The position numbers and the translations under genes were made by a program. Below, piece by piece: positions 52,205 to 64,000 of a stretch of 64,000 bases of DNA. Position 1 is the stretch's first letter, and the number at the start of each line of letters is the position of its first letter. The stretch comes from Octopus vulgaris (Eukaryota). The stretch covers positions 29,574,001 through 29,638,000 of the forward strand of contig OX597833.1 of assembly GCA_951406725.2 (NCBI GenBank), read 5' to 3'. The notes below the pieces were generated by a model that did no database searches, was not told the DNA's origin, and was given only the letters and a program-made list of their open reading frames with translations.

Positions 52205-52425
52205 AGGCAGTGAGCTGGTAGAATCATTAGCACACCGGGCAAGATGCTTAGCTGCATTTCATCCGTCTTTACATTCTGAGTTGAAATTCCGCTGTGGTTG
52301 ACTTTACCTTTCATCCTTTCAGGGTCGATAAATTAAGTACCAGTTGAGTACAGGGATTGATGTGATTGACATATGCCCTCTTCCAACATTTCAGGCCTTG
52401 TGCCTTTAGTAGAAAGGATTATTAT
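52205..52425 (+). mobile_element. SINE with Nin/Deu-like central domain
   Basis: GGCAGTGAGCTGGTAGAATC..GAGTTGAAATTCC..CCTTTCATCCTTTCAGGGTCGATAAATTAAGTACCAG, (ATT)n tail; second decayed copy at 52440-52570. Confidence 0.7.
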
Positions 52426-52659
52426 TATAATTGTTAAGTAAGTAAGCTGGCAGAATCATTAACACACTAGACAGAATGCTTAGCAGCATTTCATCTGCTT
52501 TTAGATTTTCAGCTCAATTCCATCAAATTCCATCAAGGTTGATGTTGCCTTTCATTGTTTTGGAGCTCAAACTAAGTAAAATTTCCATTTTCCATGCATA
52601 CAGGCTTGTCCTTTCAGGTACCAGTACCATTTAAATAGCACCTGCTAGTGCTGAGTAAA

Positions 52660-52856
52660 TGCATCCATGCTGGTGGCATATAAAAAGCACCCAGCACACT
52701 CTATTAAGTGGTTGGCATTAGGAAGGACATCCAGCTGTAGAAACCATGTCACAACAGACAACTGGAGTCTGGATAGCTCCCAGCTGGTCAGCTCCATATC
52801 CAGTCATCCAACCCATGCCAGCATGGAAAGCAGACGTTAAACAATGATGATGATGA
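52660..52856 (+). mobile_element. RTE-type 3' tail fragment (similar pieces at 54460-54642, 57075-57308, 60840-61056)
   Basis: AAAAAGCACCC..GTGGTTGGCATTAGGAAGG..CCAACCCATGCCAGCATGGAAAG..(GAT)n. Confidence 0.8.
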
Positions 52857-54999
52857 AGTACTGGGGGGGATGATGTAACTGACTTTCCCCTCCCCTCAAA
52901 AATTTGCTAACAAACATTTGAAACCATTGTTACTGTTGTTTTTGTTGTGTTGAATTGTAAAAACATTTTTCGTCTCTTGTTAAGACACAATTTAGTCAGG
53001 TATTACCAAATGGAATTATTTTTGGGAATACTTGTTAAAAATAATTATGGTTTTTATTTTAATCATTGTTATCACATTATCTATTGTTATCAGATTCTGA
53101 AGCTACTTTTAATGTTTGAAGGTGATAATGCTTTGAAGCATTTGTATTTGGGATAATACTGTAAATGTACAGAAGGTGATATAGTACTTATAGAGAAAAA
53201 TGTGAAATGCAAATCCTATATTTTCAAATGGAAATATGTATGTTGGAATACAGCATGTTCACAGCAGCCAATCAACTGTCCACTAAATATGTAAGCATAC
53301 TATTTCTATGCCTTACAGACAAAGCATTAATTAAATATTTGAAAGGCAGTTTCTTGCATACAAAAAGGTTTCACATTTGTAATACAGTAAGTTGAAAAAC
53401 TTTGTGATTATTGTGGCCATTAGTGGACAAAAACCCTCTCTTAAGTTAGCTTAAAACCTAAAAACAACAAGCAATAAAAAGAAACTGACAACATCAGCTA
53501 AGTGAAATGTTTGGAAAATATAAATACAGATAGCAGTAAACCTTATTTTTAAAGACAATAGGTGAAAGTAAGAACATGTTTTGATCTTGTTAATCTCATC
53601 AGCAAAATATAATCATCTCACTTGACAAGGCTTAGAGAGGACCAATGAGTGAATATAGAGATACAGGACAATGGCTAAGGGAAATACTGAAGAGATCTAA
53701 TAAAATCAAAACACATGTTTCTTTCGCCAGTTGGTTTTTAACATAGGATCTCCTATCAGCATTATTTTTGTTTTACAAATATTTCAATTGGCTAATATTA
53801 ATGGATTTACCTTCCTTATTTATCGTTTTTAGGTTGTAAGCACCCTTAAGTGGAGTTTTTCATTACTAATTGCAAGGTTAATACCAGTTAATTGACATTT
53901 CAAACCCACCATATGTGTATTTAGTATGCACAAATGCTCCCCTGAAATGTTTTCACTCAATCATATTGAATGCTTAAAGATAAAGTTGACCCCAAAACAA
54001 TTCGAATATATTGCTGTTGTGGCAATAAAATTAATGAATATATCATCATCATCATCCTCTACTTTATTAACCATCTCTCATATTTTTATTAACTAACATC
54101 ATATCCGTGTGTGTGTGTGTGTGTGTGTAAATTTCATTTTACTTTCGTTCATTTTTATGTCTGCTTTTCAATACTAATATTAAATCAGTGGTTTCCAACC
54201 ATTTTTTTTTATCTATGGACCACTTTTATTACAATTTTATTCTGGTGGACTCCAACAGCCATTCAATGTTTAAAAACTAGTTTTATAGAAACTTCTTTCA
54301 AAATTCCTATTTTGTTTTTCACACATTAACTTGTATAGGGTGAACTGTGTAAAACATTAGAGAAAGAAACCTAGCTGTTCTATGTAATAAATACATCCAA
54401 AGTAACATGGACCATTAAAATACTGCAGGGGAGCCCCACATGTATTTATTGGTGTGGCTGCTGGTGTCATGTAAAAAGTACCCAGTACATTCTGTAAAGT
54501 GGTTGGCATTAAGAAGGGCATCCAGCCATAGAAACCAAGCCAAAACAGAGTATGGAATCTGATGCAGCCACTGACCTTGCCAGTCCCTGTCTAGCCATCT
54601 AACTCATACTCACATGGAAAATGAATGTTAAATGATGATGATAACATATTGCTTATATACACACACATCCATATAAATATAAACATTTTTTATTAGTTTT
54701 TTATTACATTTTGTGTTTTTGTTGTTGATGTTAAAATAAGCAATAAAAGCATATTTATTTATTTACTTTCTTTTCATGAAAGAAGGAAAAATAAAAATAT
54801 AAATCAATGAAAAATGATTAAAAGGAAAATAAAATAATATAAGAATGTTTTTTAAAAGAAAACTAACACACTTTCCCCCAATTTTTGAAACATTCTTGAT
54901 GATGGTGATGATGATGATATTGGTGGTGGTGGTGGTGGTGGTGGTGAGGTCAGTTAGAATAGGTTCTGCCCCTCCTCCACCTTGTGCTATGTCACTATT

Positions 55000-55015
55000 A
55001 CTGCTGCTGCTGCTG

Positions 55016-55094
<79 letters not shown>
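55000..55094. repeat. (CTG)n(CTA)n microsatellite
   Basis: Direct reading. Confidence 0.97.
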
Positions 55095-55097
<3 letters not shown>

Positions 55098-56441
55098 CTC
55101 CACCACCATTGAAAAAAAAGTAACAGATGTCCTTTACAGTATGGAATGGTGTAAACTAATACAGAACTGAAGATATTAGGCTCCTTTCAGCCAAGAAAGT
55201 TATCCCCTACGTTAGTGGTGGTGGTGGTGGTGGTATTGGGGAGTAGGATGGTGAAGGCTATGATGAAGGGCAAGGGATAATGATGGTAGTAGTGGTAGTG
55301 GTGGTAGTACAGATACTGGTTTTTAATGCTGTAGTGGTGATGGTGATATTTTTAATGTTGTGTTGATATTGGTACTACTGTTGCTAGTTTACATGTTTGC
55401 AGTGGTGTGATGGTATTGGCTTTAAAGTTGAAGTGCTGGTGGTGATGATGATGGTAGTGTTAATTTGGGTAGGGTGGGGGAGTTGAAAGTGATGGTGTTG
55501 TAATTGTTGGTATTGGTATCAGTGCAAGGTTGATGGACATGGTACTAGCTGTGGTAGTATGTTGCTGTTAATGATAGTGGTGATGATGTTAGCTGCAATA
55601 CTGGTAGTAGTAGCAGTAGTGTTGATTGTAGTGGTAGTTTGACATTTTCTCAGGTGCTATTCTAAACAAAAAAAAGTGACTTACTCATTTCTGATACATA
55701 AAACAAAAAAAAAAGTCTGACTATACCCACCACCACTACTACTACTATGAATAATATGACAACAACATATAAAAATAATTTGCTATAAAAATAGCGATAA
55801 TAATGATAAAGATGTGGATAATGATGAGGAAGATGATAATAATGAGAATGATGATGATGATGATGATGATGATAATCATATAACAGAAATGATAATGATA
55901 AAAGGTAATAATGATAATAATAAATAAATGTATAATTTCATAAACAAATATTTCAGTGCATATACAGCACACACACACACACATACATACACACACATAT
56001 ATAAACATGCATACATTATATGCACACATGAAAAAAACAGTTAATAAAAAGCCCACAAACCCCCTTCCCATACCCTTCCAACATATACATATCCTTAAAA
56101 ATACAGCGAAAATAACAGCAAAAACGAAGCTTCTAATTTGCCAGTTGTTGGAACGGAAGCCAAACATGAGAAAATATGAAATTAAAAAGGCAAAAAAAAA
56201 AGGCACAGCAAAGTGAGAGGAGCAAAAACTGTACTAGCAGAATGTGAAATGATGCACCCTGCCAGGTGCTTTGGGACTTAAGTAAATATTTAATTATGGA
56301 AAATTAGTGGTCAATGCACTCGATTCCAAACGACCATATGTTGGTGTTGTTTTGTCATCTTAACTCAAATTCACTTCAGTTCATATCATACTGTGGTGTG
56401 ACTAGGATGTTTATAATCTAAACTGAAATAATATACATACA

Positions 56442-56472
<31 letters not shown>

Positions 56473-56528
56473 GTAACAGCTCTATATATATAAATATATA
56501 TATATATAGGCACATGCATATGTATAAC

Positions 56529-56600
<72 letters not shown>

Positions 56601-57339
56601 CACATATATATATATATATATATGTATGCATGCACATATTTATACAAGTACTTATATATTTGTATGCATGTATATGTTTATATTTATATATGTGTGTGTG
56701 TGTATATATATACATACATACACATGTATATATACATATATGCATATATACACATATCTAAATACACAGATATAGTTATTATTTTATATAAGTGATATAT
56801 ATGTGTATGGTATACATTATGTTATGCACACAAGCACAAACACATATAGAGGATATTTTGTATATGTATATATGTGTATATATGTATGTATATATATATA
56901 TATATATATATATTTCAATTTCTGTCTGCCAGCCTCACTCACAAGGTTGTGCTCAGCCCAGCATTATAGTAAAAGACATTTGTCCAACATGCTGAAACTA
57001 TAGTTAGGAGGAAAACTTCTTAGCCACACAACCAGGCCTTCACCTGTGTGTGTGTGTGTTATGTGGTTAATTGAATGCTTACCATCCGTCCATGGCCAGC
57101 CCCGTCTGGCACATGTGCGGGTGGCACATAAAAAGCACCCACTACACTCACGGAGTGGTTGGCGTTAGGAAGGGCATCCAGCCGTAGAAACACTGCCAGA
57201 TCAGACTGGGCCTGATGCAGCCTTCTGGCTTCCCAGACCCCAGTTGAACCGTCCAACCCATGCTAGCATGGAAAGCGGACGCTAAATGATGATGATGATG
57301 ATGATGATATATATATACACACCAAATCATTAAAAGCTA

Positions 57340-58030
57340 CAAACAACCTAAATCACTTAAAAAGATTCTCACAAAGGCAAAATTGTTTTCTGAAATTACG
57401 GATGCAAAAGTAAAAAAATGTGGTAGACCGAACTGTGCAACATGTCCAAACCTGCTAGAAGGATCAGAATTCCTCTTCACAGAGGGACAGAAATTCAAGA
57501 TCAAATCTAATTTTACTTGTGCCTCTGAAAACATAATTTATGTCATAAAATGCTCGGGCTGCCACCAAAACTACATGGGGTCCACGGGACTATCACTCAG
57601 ACGTAGATGCACACTGCATCGACAACAGATTGCATTCCCAGAATACAGAATGATACCCTTTAGTGAGCACATTGAGAAATGCGCAAAGCAAATACTACCA
57701 CAATTTTTAATCTTTCCATTTTACCAATGTGCTATCGGAACACCAACACAAATTAGACTAAACAAGGAAACATTCTTCATTGTAAAATACAAGCCCAAAC
57801 TTAACCATTCCAACATTCTTATACAGAGAAACTCACTCCAAAAGAAAGGCAAGAAATATTAAGCGATTATCTCCCTTACACTGGAAGAAATCACTTATTA
57901 CCTCCCCTTATCTGGAACTCTCTTTCACTCTCCTTCACACTTCTCAACGTAAACATAACGATGTAAGAAATTTGAAAAGCTGAACGCAAAACCGGTCTTT
58001 CTTCAAAAACTATGTCATTGTATGAAAAAA
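57340..58030 (+). mobile_element. Neptune-type PLE 3' fragment: linker plus GIY-YIG and pLTR
   Basis: ORF 57383-57862 KCGRPNCATC..FTCASENIIYVIKCSGCHQNYMGST..LRRRCTLHR..H..C..E..YKPKLN; related to 10525-10600. Confidence 0.92.
57965..58003 (+). ncRNA. Degenerate hammerhead-like motif (possible U3-A8 core)
   Basis: AAGAAA-U-UUGAAAA-GC(UGAAC)GC-AAAA-CCGG-UC-UUUCUU, in the position equivalent to the 8347 motif. Confidence 0.5.
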
Positions 58031-58139
58031 ATTTATAACATTCTTCAGACATAATGATTCAAATATATATTTTTTAACCTTCTAAAACAAGCCTTCTGTA
58101 GTTTTTTCACTTTTTACTATTTTCTCTCTCTATATATAT

Positions 58140-58174
<35 letters not shown>

Positions 58175-58272
58175 TACACATGAGTGAAATTTTAATTTTC
58201 GCTACAGAATGAGCAAGTGAGTACTCAGTATATTTTATAGAGTATATAAATTATTTAAACTGAATTCCATTG

Positions 58273-58313
58273 TTATGACTAGATTTTCATGCCACAGCAA
58301 TCATCAGGCATAA
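58273..58313 (-). ncRNA. Hammerhead-like motif, canonical core, imperfect stem I
   Basis: UUAUGC-CUGAUGA-U-UGC(UGUG)GCA-U-GAAA-AUCUAG-UC-AUAA. Confidence 0.55.
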
Positions 58314-58823
58314 GTCTCATGTTTTCTGTGTATGAAACTCAAACTATGGGAAATAAACTCTGTGTGTGTGTGTGTTTACTCGCATGCGTGTGTGTGCATT
58401 TGGCATGAAAGAGAATTCAATATGTCAAACTGAGCTTGGGTACCCCTAGAATAGTTATTCTGTGAAACAAATCAAACCCATTTCCTTATTTTTTAAGTCT
58501 GGTTCTTGCTTTATTGATTCCTTTTGCCAAACCACTAAGTTACCAATTGCCAAGCAATGTGGGGAGACAAACATAGACACAAAGATATATGCACTTATAT
58601 ATATGTACCCACTCTCAGCTGTAACCAAGCTGGAAGGTTCAATATGTAATATGTTCTATTTATGTGAAAAATCTTATAAGTTAAATTTTACTCTTAATTC
58701 ACATGAAGGAAACAGTTTTTTTGACATTATGTAATAGCTTTGTTCTTCAAAAAGGTCATGTCTGAAACGGTTGTAATGAACCTCAACCCATCTGTGTTAT
58801 TTACATGCACACACACACACACA

Positions 58824-58855
<32 letters not shown>

Positions 58856-59630
58856 TACACACACACAGTGGACTTCCACACTATTTCCTTCTATCAAATT
58901 CACTCACAGGACATTGGTTGAGCCAATGCTATATAAAGAAGACACATGCCTCAGTTCAACACAGTGGGACGGTACCCCATCAAACACGTAGAGCATGTTA
59001 ACAACACACTCATGCATCATTGCATATCTGTTGAATGTGCACTGTCAATGTGTATGTTCGACAAAGTGCTAATGTATTGAGAGAAAAACTGGGCATGAAA
59101 TGAATCAGATGTAGTGTGCAAGTAGGAAGACTGTGCTGTTATGATCATGTGATTGTTTGTATGAGAATAGTTGTATAAAGAAGTGTTGATCAATTAAAGT
59201 GAATGGAATTTGTGGAAGACAGAGGCCCAGGAAGACATGAGACTGAAGGCTGATTTCAAGATGCTGAGCTTTATGAAAGAGATCACAGAAGACTGAGATA
59301 ACTGGAGATTTGCTGTGCTTGAGAAGACCCATCCATCACAGCAAAAGTGAAATCCTAAAATCACTTGGTATGTTTGTTCATATAGGGCCCTGTCTCACCT
59401 TTTCTACTCACCCCTTCTCTCTCTCTGCCCCATCAAACATTCCCTCAATTCTCACTCCCTTTCACCTATCACTCCCCTATCTATGGTACTACTCAGCTGT
59501 TGTTACAACCTCAGAGCTGAATTGGCATATCTTACATACCCTTCCTCTGCTCCCCCTGGAACTACTTCCATTTTTCATCATCATTCCTCCTCACAAAATT
59601 TTGGCTAATCACATCCTTTTGTATGTGAGT

Positions 59631-59849
59631 AGGTCATCTATACAGATTTTCTATAGAAATTATAGCCAGCACTGATTTTGTTATGACATTTCGTATCCAA
59701 GATGTCAGATGTAAACAAACAATGAGCTCTTCATCTTCAATTTCATTGTTTGTTTCCATTATTTGTTTACATTTGACATCTTGGATACAAAACGTTATAG
59801 CAAAATTAGTGCTGACTATAATTTCTATAGAAAATCTATAGAGATACCT
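59631..59849. mobile_element. Fold-back MITE with ~95-bp inverted arms
   Basis: AGATTTTCTATAGAAATTATAG..TATCCAAGATGTCA..TGTAAACAAA is mirrored at 59757-59849. Confidence 0.8.
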
Positions 59850-61696
59850 TAACACATTGTTTAAGTGCACTGCTAACACAGTGTATAGACTTATAAAAAT
59901 GTTTAATATAATTTGTAGTATATTATTGTTACGTAATGAAACACAGTGTGCCTACAAGTTATTAATCCTTTTGTACTTTCATCCACTGATCTCCCTCCTC
60001 TGCTATACCCCATTCTTAACACCTCTCTAATCTGCTATTATTCTCATTGCTTCCTCATTTCTACCATCACACCCCACTTCACTACAGCTCCTGTATATAC
60101 CTCTCCATCTCCCTCTCCACTGCTCCCACATCTTGTATATCATTTCGCTTCTTTCTAATCTACTCTTCCCCTTGAACCACTCCTGCACCTTTCGCCTTAG
60201 GCTTCTCCCTACCGGTATTTCCCTCAACTTAACCTCCACCCTTGTTCGTCACTCCTACATTTACCTCCAGCCTCACCTTTTACACTCTCTGAAAGCATCC
60301 ACTCTCTCTTCCCCTCCCATGACCTACTCTCCACATCCTCTCCTATGCTCCCTTTCTTGTACCTTGAGAGTTTGCTCTGATACTTCATCAGTACTTTCCT
60401 TTCATCTTTTCCTCAAGTACTCCCACCCACCACTTTATATAAGAAGGGCAGCTACGTATATCCTCCGTAGTAAGACACTTGTGCTTGTTTCTCTCTCATA
60501 CTTTAGCCCATTGTTACTCAACCATTTTTGCCTATGAACCCCTTTGATTCCTATTTTATTTTATATTCAATGTATATAAAAAAAAGTCCTACTATATTTT
60601 TATAATTAAATATTATTAGGAATTGTAAAAGAAATTAGAATATTTTGTGTATTGTACAAGTATAACCAATTTACTTCACATAAATTTCAACGGCAAAATC
60701 TTATATGGATCTTAAATGACCAAATAGATCCTGGTAGAGAAACACTGCTTTAGCTTATGAACACCCAGCATAAAGCTACCTTCCCCTCTCAAGTACTCCC
60801 CATTTAGTGGTGGAAGCCTTTTTCTTTTTTCCCCTTCCTGTTCTTCTCTCTTGCACATTACTTGGTAACCTCACTGATACCAGTGATATGAAAAAATAGC
60901 ACCCAGTAAAGTGGTTGACATTAGGAAGGGCATCCAACCATAGCAACCACACCAAAGCTGATATTAGAGTTGATGCAGACTTGTGACTCACCAGATACTG
61001 TCAAACCATCTGACCCATGGCAGCATGGAAAGTGGATGTTAAAGGATGATGATGATATGTATATATTGCAATTTAAAGAAATATATTTTTATGCACTCTA
61101 ATCTTCAACAACTTCCTCAGTAGGAATGCCACCAATGCCAGCATTACTGGTGTTGTTGTTACTACTACTACTACTACTACTACTACTATCATTATCATTA
61201 TTATTATTTTCAGCCCCCACTTCCTTTTTTTGCTGCATGCATTTAATTCTCAGAGCTAGGAAAAATAAGTAATAACCCCCTCCTCCCAGGTTTACAGCTG
61301 CACTGTTATCACCCCAGGACAAAGCTTACATTTGCTTAGATTCCAGTCAAATATGTCCCCACGCACCTCTCTCTCAACAACCAATATACAAAAGGGGTGT
61401 CATGCTGCTTTTAGGTAAAACAGGAAGTTCTCTGGCTGTGTGAATAAATAAAGTGTTGATTTGTGAAATTAGGTATTTCTTGGGAAGTTTGAAAAAAAAG
61501 TGAAAAGAAACATGCATCTTTTCATCTGCTTGTTGATATATACTTATATATATCATGAATATTATATATATGTGTGTGTGTGTGTGTGTATTTATGTATA
61601 TAAATAGATAGATAGATGCATATATGTGATATACAAATACATTTCAAAATTGAGTAAAAATTGAATTAAATTGAAAATCATTATATATACACATTT

Positions 61697-61920
61697 GGAA
61701 GCGCAATGGCCCAGTGGTTAGGGCAGCGGACTTGCGGTCGGAGGATCGCGGTTTCGATTCCCAGACCGGGCATTGTGTGTGTTTATTGAGCGAAAACACC
61801 TAAAAGCTCCACGAGGCTCCGGCAGGGGGTGGTGGTGATCCCTGCTGTACTCTTTCACCACTCTAAAGGCGGTGCTCCAGCATGGCCGCAGTCAAATGAC
61901 TGGAACAAGTACAAAAAAAA
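61697..61920 (+). mobile_element. tRNA-derived SINE (22405 family head joined to the CORE-like family tail)
   Basis: TGGCCCAGTGG / GGTTTCGATTCC head, then CTAAAGGCGGTGCTCCAGCATGGCCGCAG. Confidence 0.85.
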
Positions 61921-62000
61921 AAAAATACACTCATATATGCATATATATATACATATATATATATACATACACACACATATATATAAATATATATATATTA

Positions 62001-62201
62001 CTCTTTTACTTGTTTCAGTCATTTGACTGTGGCCATGCTGGAGCACCGCCTATAGTCAAGCAAATCGACCCCGGGACTTATTCTTTGTAAGCCCAGTACT
62101 CATTCTATCGGTTTCTTTTGCCGAACCGCTAAGTGACAGGGATGTAAACACACCAGCATCGGTTGTCAAGCAATGCTAGGGGGACAAACACAGACACACA
62201 A

Positions 62202-62232
<31 letters not shown>

Positions 62233-62383
62233 CACATATACAACAGGCTTCTTTCAGTTTCTGCCTACCAAATCCACTCACAAGGCATTGGTCGGCCCGG
62301 GGCTATAGCAGAAGACACTTGCCCAAGACACTTGCCCATGTGGTTGGTTAGCAAGCTACTTACCACACAGCCACTCCTGCGCC

Positions 62384-62384
<1 letters not shown>
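62001..62384 (-). mobile_element. tRNA-derived SINE (CORE-like)
   Basis: Reverse complement of the 40047 family, with a short deletion near the B box. Confidence 0.85.
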
Positions 62385-62433
<49 letters not shown>

Positions 62434-62455
62434 TACACACATGCATACATACATA

Positions 62456-63655
62456 TTAGGTTGGTAAAACGTCCTGTTGCATTTTTGACGTGATTAATTA
62501 GATTGCGCTTTTTCAACACTTACTGTGAAATAAGCATTCATTTTTACATTCTGATGTTTTATTTATTTCTTTGCAGATTACTTCATACCTTAGTGGTTAA
62601 ATTTGTATTGATTTTTACCCTTTTATAATGAGTTTAGATCAGACCCACATCAGATACTGCATGCTGTGTGAATTCAAAGGAAGCTCTTCAGCAATGACAA
62701 CAGTAAGAAATATTCATTCTGTCAATGGAAATGAAGTTTAAGTGTCCAGACATTTCAATGATGTCTTGACCAGTTTCACTCAGGAAATTTTTCTCTAACA
62801 AATTCCCCTTGATGTGGACAATCAAATTCTGTCAATACTGAGCTTCTGAAAGCAGTAGTTGAAGAAAATCCAAAACGAACTACATGAGAATTAGCAAAAC
62901 AATTCAAATGATACATTGATCATAAAACCTCTTCATGAACTAAGAAAAAGGTCTAAACTTGGTCAGTGGGTCCCTCATCATCTGACTACTTCTCAGCTTA
63001 ATCAAAGAATTGTTCTTTTCATTGAAGAGTAGACTTGCTACCAAACCTTTGGATGGAAGCATCATCACAAGTGATGAAAAATAGGTTCCCTATGATCATA
63101 TCTAATGAAGATAATGATTAACACTCATTGAAAAAAGAGAATCCATTCCCAAACCAGGAACTATACCTGAAAAAGTTATACTCTGTGTTTGGTGGAATGT
63201 GACAGGTGTCTACCTTGATGAGTTAAACCAAACTGAAACAGTTAATACAGAGAAGTACTGCCATGGATTGGAAGCATTGCATGAAAATATACAGGAATAG
63301 TGCCTGTCGACTGTAAAGGGATTTTGTCTTACATGATAATGCAAGAACACAGGAAAGTCACTCAGGAAAAGATTATGGCACTAAAGATGGAAGTTTGGGT
63401 GTGGCTTCCTTCCTTACCATCTATCTATCATCTATCTATCATCTTTTAAGACTAATGCAACATTATTTTGAGGGAAAATACTTTATTAATTGTAGAGAGA
63501 TCAAAAATGATGTTGAGTGTTTCTTTGCTTCAAAACTTGGGAATCAATTATTTGCCAGGTAGCTGAGGTTACCTTATCACTAATGAGGGGAAACATCTTG
63601 ATTAAATATATCAATTAAAACCAAAGAAGCATTTGCTTTCCCATCTTGAAATACA
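62456..63655 (+). mobile_element. Near full-length decayed mariner
   Basis: TA then TTAGGTTGGTAAAA TIR; LGQWVPHHL, IITSDEK, KVILCVWWN, LHDNAR. Confidence 0.82.
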
Positions 63656-64000
63656 ACAAGGCTATCTTTCAAACTTTATACACATGTACATACATTATAC
63701 ACACACACAGATGAATATACATACAATTTTCTTTTTTTCATGTTTCTCCCAAAAGAATATACAGATTATAAACAGAATAGAAACAATAAAAAAACAACCA
63801 CAACAGGAACAACAACATTGAAAATTATTTCTTACATTGGCAGAATGAGAAAAATTTGTGGAAAAAAAGGTGGAGCAGTTATACTGTTGATTGAACTAAC
63901 CCAGGGACCCTAGGACAAAGTACTAAAAACCAAAGAGTTCAAACATTGGAATATAATGTGAGGAAGACGAGAAAAATGTTTTGAGGTGACTCCGTTGTCT

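Overview
Animal genomic DNA, very AT-rich, with no intact protein-coding gene. The repeat content is typical of an octopus genome; this is an inference from family recognition, not a database hit. The window is a nested transposon graveyard: a decayed Gypsy LTR element (0.25-4.26 kb), about ten RTE-clade LINE copies, several Penelope-like elements (PLEs), hAT, Tc1/mariner, Tx1-like and R4/Dong-like relics, a Helitron that splits a hAT transposase, tRNA-derived SINEs and many microsatellites. Most short ORFs in the track are microsatellite or antisense artefacts. Two signals stand out. First, about 14 type I hammerhead ribozyme (HHR)-like motifs can be read by eye. Several sit as antiparallel pairs in the inverted arms of PLE-derived fold-back elements, and some show alternative 3-8 core pairs (G3-C8, U3-A8, U3.G8). 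Second, the dominant RTE family carries a C4HC3 PHD-type finger inserted inside its reverse transcriptase domain. All structures were read manually and boundaries are approximate.
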